The notes below the pieces were generated by a model. It ran no database searches and was not told the DNA's origin. It was given only the letters and a program-made list of their open reading frames with translations. Below, in pieces: positions 57,480-64,000 of a stretch of 64,000 nucleotides of DNA. This DNA comes from the human T2T-CHM13v2.0 reference genome, Homo sapiens. The stretch's first letter is position 1. Each line of letters begins with the position of its first letter. The DNA is taken from assembly GCF_009914755.1 (NCBI RefSeq), contig NC_060925.1; one strand, written 5' to 3'. A program made the position numbers and the translations under genes.

Positions 57480-58428
57480 AAAGCAGGACAACCAGTCACA
57501 ATGAGTAATTTGATGGTACCTATGATAGCAGTGATTACCATTGCTGTGAGTATTCCTTCAACAATGGCTGACACAGAGAACAATTATACTTATTGGGCAT
57601 ATTTATCAATCTTGGCTGGCAGTAATGCCTGGATGTAATCACTCTATGACACAGTTACACATGCTTTCTGATCTCAGTATTTACCGTAATGAATCTGCTC
57701 CTATAATTGAGGCATACCGCCCTCAAAAAGCTATTTGTAAACAAAATTGAACCTGGCCAGAAAAAGTGAACGTACTTGTTTAGGAAGATTGCATTGCAGA
57801 ACAGGCAGAGGTGCTGCACAGTGATTTCTATGGAATCATTATTGATTGGTCCCCTAAGGGGATGTTTAGCTTGAATTGCATCTCTCTCAGTCTGCGTGCC
57901 ACAGCCACACTTATGTTCAGCTGGTCTGAACAAAATGGTCAGATGGTAGAAATGGTAAGAAGTATGGCAAGAGTTCCTATTATCTGGAAACATGGCGGTA
58001 TGGTGGCACCTCAACCTCAAATGATATGGCCCGCTGTGGGAGCTAAACATAAGGATTTGTGGAAACTATTAATGGCTGTTAACAAGATCAAAATTTGGGA
58101 AAGAATAAAAAGCATCTAGAAGGACACTCTACAAACTTGTCTTTGGATACTGCAAAATTAAAAGAACAGATATTTAAAGCAACCCAGGCACACCTGACCT
58201 TAATGCCAGGAACTGGAGTGCTTGAAGGAGCTGCAGACAGATTAGCAGCTAGTAACCCATTAAAATGGATTAAAAACACTTGGACGATCTGTGATTTCAC
58301 TGATGATTATGCTTTTAATCTGTGTTGTTTGTCTTTGTATAGTCTGCAGATGTGGATTCCAACTCCTGCGAGAAGTAGCTCACTGTGACAAAGCCGCCTT
58401 TGCTTTTATTACTTTGCAAAACAAATAA
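57480..58428 (+). pseudogene. Heavily deleted HERV env remnant
   Basis: IIDWSPKG SU-like segment, LKEQIFKATQAHL and a Cys-rich TM anchor just before the 3' LTR. Confidence 0.75.
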
Positions 58429-60847
58429 GGGGGACATGTTGGGAACAGGCCCCCCAAATCTGGCCATAAACTGGCCCCAAAACTGGCCATAAACAAAATC
58501 TCTGCAGTACTGTGACATGTTCCTGATGGCCATGATGCCCATGCTGAAGGTTGTGGGTTTACCGGAATGAGGGCAAGGAACACCTGGCCCACCCAGGGCG
58601 GAAAACCGCTTAAGGCTTTCTTAAACCACAAACAATAGCATGAGCGATCTGTGCCTTAAGGACATGTTCCTGCTGCAGATAACTAGCCAGACCCATCCCT
58701 TTATTTCCCGTAAGAAATGCTTTTAGTTAATCTATAGAAACAATGCTTATCACTGGCTTGCTGTCAATAAATATGTGGGTAAATCTCTGTTTGGGGCTCT
58801 CAGCTCTGAAGGCTGTGAGACCCCTGATTTCCCACTCCACACTCTATATTTCTGTGTGTGTGTGTCTTTAATTCCTCTAGTGCCGCTGGGTTAGGGTCTC
58901 CACGACTGAGCTAATCTCGGCAATTTTTACCCCTTCTAGTAGTTTAGAAGTTATTCTCTTTTTTCTTTTACAAGTTACCCTAGAACTTTTAACATGGGTT
59001 TCACTTTTTTCAAGTCTAAACATCAATCGGTAATACTTTATCATCCTCCCAGATAGTAAAAATACTTTAGAATACTACCTTCATTGACTTTTCTCCTAAT
59101 TTATGAGCATTTGTTGTGGTGTAACTTTTTCTTAGCCATGTGAAATCTCTTAAACCTATTGATTATATGTTTAACTTCAGTTGTATATTTTATTTTTAGA
59201 AATTTCATTTGGTTTTCTCAGATCAGTGTTACTTTTTGGTAGGTATCTTCTTGGTAGGTATCTACTTCTTGGTACCTACTTCTTGTTAGGTATCTTAAAA
59301 ATTTTTGTGTGTGTGTTTAAAAAAATACAGTTTACATTGTTTTATAGGATGACTCTGGAAATGCCAACTGAAATCTTGGGTTTGTTTTTGTTTTCTGTAA
59401 TTTCTGCTGGTCCTTGGTTATGGAGTCTAATTTCCTTAGTGCTTGATAATTTTTTATTACGGTCTGGAGATTTTATTTAAAATTACTTGTCAGAATAATT
59501 TTGAGGCTTATAATAAACATACTTTACTTTTAAGAGCAAAGTTTGCTTCTTTACCCAGGAGCATTGTCAGTCAGGGAACAACTTAAACCAAGTTCCTTGA
59601 GAACACATTCTAAATTTTTTAGAACAGCATCTTAATAAACAAAAACAACACTCACGTTTCAGATTTTATATTTTTGTTTCCCAAAGGATTTATATCACTG
59701 TATTTCCAAGTCATTGTCATGTTAATGTCTTTCAAATCAACATCTCTGCTCATGAACTTCAAATCTAAGCATTTTAAAAAATTGTCTTCTGAACATTTCC
59801 GTATACTTAGCTTACGGGATGTGAAATCAACATGTTTATAGTGAATCCAATTACTGTTTCTCTGAATGCTTGTTTTACTGTTATTCTTTATTGTAGTCAG
59901 TGAAATCACTGTCCTCCAGTCACCCAGGGTGCAATCTGCCTTTGAGACTTGGAGAAAAATACTTTGCCATTTGAGATATCAGTTTGGAGTTGATAGCTGC
60001 TAATACTTCCTCTGTCTTAAGTTTGTGGTCTTCTCTCCCTCTCATTTCCATATGCAGTTAGTTCCCAACTCTTATTTATTCCCTTACTTGTCATTTCTAG
60101 TAATTTTCATGCTTCTTTCTTCCACTCTCATACCCACTGTCTTTGTTCAGGCATTCATCATCTCTGATCTTGGGATAATCCTTGGGTGCCTAATACATTC
60201 TAATCACTGAGGTCAAGGTTTCTTAGACAGGGTCACCATGTAATTTATTATCCTAACTGGTACAGTTTTGAGACTGAAAGAGTGCAATTAATTATTATAT
60301 CAGGACAACAGATGTAAACAAGGACCATTCTGGGCAAACTTAATTCAGATGGCCACTCCATTCCAGGAAGATAAGTGCTGAATTTTAAAGACGAGTAGTA
60401 ATCAAATAAGTTGATTGATGAAGAGTCCTTTAAAGCAAAAGAGATAGTATATGAGCAAATAGTGGGGTGAGAGAGAGCGCAGTATTAGGTTGAAGCATGT
60501 GCAGTTGCCATTTTATAAGTGAGAAATGGTCAAATAATTCAGTTTCACATAGTTTAACCTGATAGATGAAGGTAACTTGAGCACAGAGTGTGCCTCGTGG
60601 CAGGAGATGAACCTGAAAAGAAGGCAGGAGCCAGATCATGAAGTTCTTTGAGTACCATTTTATGGAATTTGGATTTTATTCTGAAAGTCATTATGTACAT
60701 ATTTATTTTTAAATTTTAATGATAAGGTATTTATCTAATTTTTGAATAGGCAGTACATTCGCATGGTCTGAAATTTTAAAAAAATGTTGGTGTAAGTGGG
60801 AATAGTTTGTAGTTTTCTTTGTGGAATTTGATTTTGGTGTCAATGGT

Positions 60848-61202
60848 TTTTTTTGTTTTTTTTTGTTTGTTTGTTTGTTTGTTTTTGGAGACAGAGCCTT
60901 GCTCTGTTTCCCAGGCTGGAGTGCAGTGGCACAATCTCAGCTCACCGCAACTTCCGCCTCCCAGGTTCAAGTGATTCTCATGCCTCAGCCTCCCAAGTTA
61001 GCTGGGACTACAGGCATGCACCACCACGCCCAGCTAATTTTTGTATTTTTAATAGAGACAGGGTTTCACCATGTTGGCCAGGCTGTTCTTGAACTCCTGG
61101 CCTCAAGTGATCCGCCCGCCTCTGCCTTCCAAAGCACTGGGATCCACCCGTCTGGCCTTCCAAAGTGCTTGGCCTTCCAAAGTGCAGGTGTGAGCCCGCC
61201 CA
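60848..61202 (-). mobile_element. Alu with internal tandem duplications
   Basis: Antisense Alu with gccttccaaag present three times. Confidence 0.92.
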
Positions 61203-61457
61203 AGTTTGGGTGTCAGTGTTTTACTTGCAGCAAAAATAATGTGGAAGCTTCTTTTACCTGTGTCCTAAAACAGTTAAAGCATTGGAATTATCTGTTCACT
61301 GGGGGTTTTGTTAGAACTCCCCGGTAAATCGTTTGGTTTGGTTCTTTTTTGGGGAATAGAAGGGTAGGAGGTGGGCAGCTCTCAGACAACTTTATAATTT
61401 CAGTTTTTCAGTCTGTTTTTTCTTCTCTCTGCTAGGTTTGGAAAATTATATTTTTCT

Positions 61458-61750
<293 letters not shown>

Positions 61751-62749
61751 GGAAAATTATATTTTTCTAGAAAATTAACCATTTCATTCAGGCTTTCAAA
61801 TTTCTTTACATAGAGTTGAGATAAGAAGTCTTTTACCTTTTTTTTTTTCAAATTTTATCTATTTTTGTGCTCATTTTTTTTATTTTTTGTGTTTTTGTAC
61901 TCCTTTTAAAATCAGATTGTCTCGTGATTTATTTTCCAAAGAATCAACTCTTGAATTTTAATGTATTAGTATTTTGTTTTCTAACTCATTAGATTCTGCT
62001 TGGGTGGTTTTAAATTTCTTCTGCTTTTTTTTGTTCTTTGTAAACTTTTGGTTGGATGCTTGTATTATTAATCTTTTTTTTTTTTCATTTTTTATTGAAA
62101 TAAGGTTCTGAGCATTGCTTTAGGTGAATTCCACAGGATATATATTTTATATAGATGTATGTGGTCTATATATATATGTATGGGCATGCATATGTGTATG
62201 TACTTGGGTATATTCAGTATGTATATACATATACACGTATTTGATGTGGTTATGGAAATAAATTGAAAGAGGACAGAAACTAATGATAACGAACTCAGAA
62301 AACAAGTGAGAATATTATAATAGTTCACATGAGAAATTTTGATGGCCTGAATTGAAATCATAGCAGTAGAAATGGAAAGAGCATAGAGAGAGATTGGAAA
62401 TGAAGTGTATGAGAAAAGGAAAATAAATATCTTAGAATAATTCGCAGCTTTGTGGTTTGAGTAGCTGGTAGATGAAGGTGTGATCACTGATTTAGGGCTT
62501 ATGTTCAGTATGGAATAATGGAAGAATAGATTTGGGGTGGAAAGGTGAGTTCAGATATAGACATGTTTGCATTAAATCCTGGTACAGATACCTTATTAAA
62601 AATCAGATATTCAAGTCAGGGGCTCGGGAAAGAGGAGGAAGCTAGAGATTTTGAGGGAGGGGGTCAGAGAAAGGGTAGATAGTTGATTTTGTGGTTTGAC
62701 TGAGGTGGTCTAGGATAGTATCTCTTTGACCTAGAGATAGTAGGTCTAA

Positions 62750-63122
<373 letters not shown>

Positions 63123-63458
63123 TGATGATAAATTAAAAATAAATTAATATAAGCATATTCTGGGTTATCTGAATGACTACCATGCTATACAGATTTTAGT
63201 GCCAGTATTGTGTTTAAATGGTTGCTAAGTGATCATCTAGAGCCCACATGTATGATAAATCTGCTGTATTGGAACTTATATCAGGTTAATGTGTATTAAT
63301 GTAAAGTCAAGAAAATCATCTTCAACTTCTGTACTCATACTGAATTGTTTTGCCATTAAAAATATCTTTTATAGTGATAATTTCAGGTGAAAGCTATTTT
63401 CATAGAACTTCCTGAGAAACAAATCTCATAAAGAAGTTTTTAAGAAACTTATAAATGA

Positions 63459-63757
<299 letters not shown>

Positions 63758-64000
63758 AAGAAATTTTAATTGTCACAGACTGATTAAAGAAAATAGGACT
63801 TATATGTAGATTATGTGTTCAGGCCAATTGAAGCTTTATAAGATGTCATGGTTCCCTCTGAACAAGGTATTTCATGGAAACTTGGAGAGAGAAAAGTGAT
63901 GAAGTGATGGGAGAGCTGACTGATCATGTGACTCATTGGTAGGTGTGTGTGTACATGTGTATATATATATTTTTGTGAGCATCGTACTGCATGAATCTCC

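Larger units (their letters stand above)
52944..58922 (+). mobile_element. HERV-K(HML-3)/HERVK9 provirus with MER9 LTRs (52944-53429 and 58437-58922), internally deleted
   Basis: Both LTRs are TGTTGGGAACAGGCCCC...GGCA. Perfect TSD ATTTTT (52938-52943 / 58923-58928), Lys-tRNA-like PBS TGGCGCCC at 53432, purine tract before the 3' LTR, and gag-dut/pro-pol-env remnants in order. Confidence 0.93.

Overview
This is primate, almost certainly human, genomic DNA that is AT-rich and dense in repeats. The only host gene visible is ABCD3 (peroxisomal ABC half-transporter PMP70) on the + strand: CpG-island promoter at about 26.1-27.0 kb, a (GCC)7 5'UTR repeat, and coding exon 1 (26602-26711, MAAFSKYLTARNSS...). 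The rest of the window to 64000 appears to be intron 1, as I could not recognise exon 2. Intron 1 carries a two-LTR HERV-K(HML-3)/HERVK9 provirus with MER9 LTRs and a 6-bp TSD, a two-LTR THE1 MaLR element, Tigger1, Tigger3, MER1 and many Alu and L1 pieces. Upstream are an RPL21 processed pseudogene, a young L1PA 3' fragment and several solo LTRs. Most ORFs in the supplied track are repeat-derived and spurious. I found no demonstrably new biological system. The best leads are (1) the palindromic ABCD3 start site, which gives a perfect-Kozak antisense ATG whose 127-aa ORF reads the disease-associated repeat as poly-Ala, and (2) an in-frame Gag(NC)-dUTPase fusion ORF in the provirus. Repeat family names come from recalled consensus sequences rather than a database search, and boundaries of old repeats are approximate.
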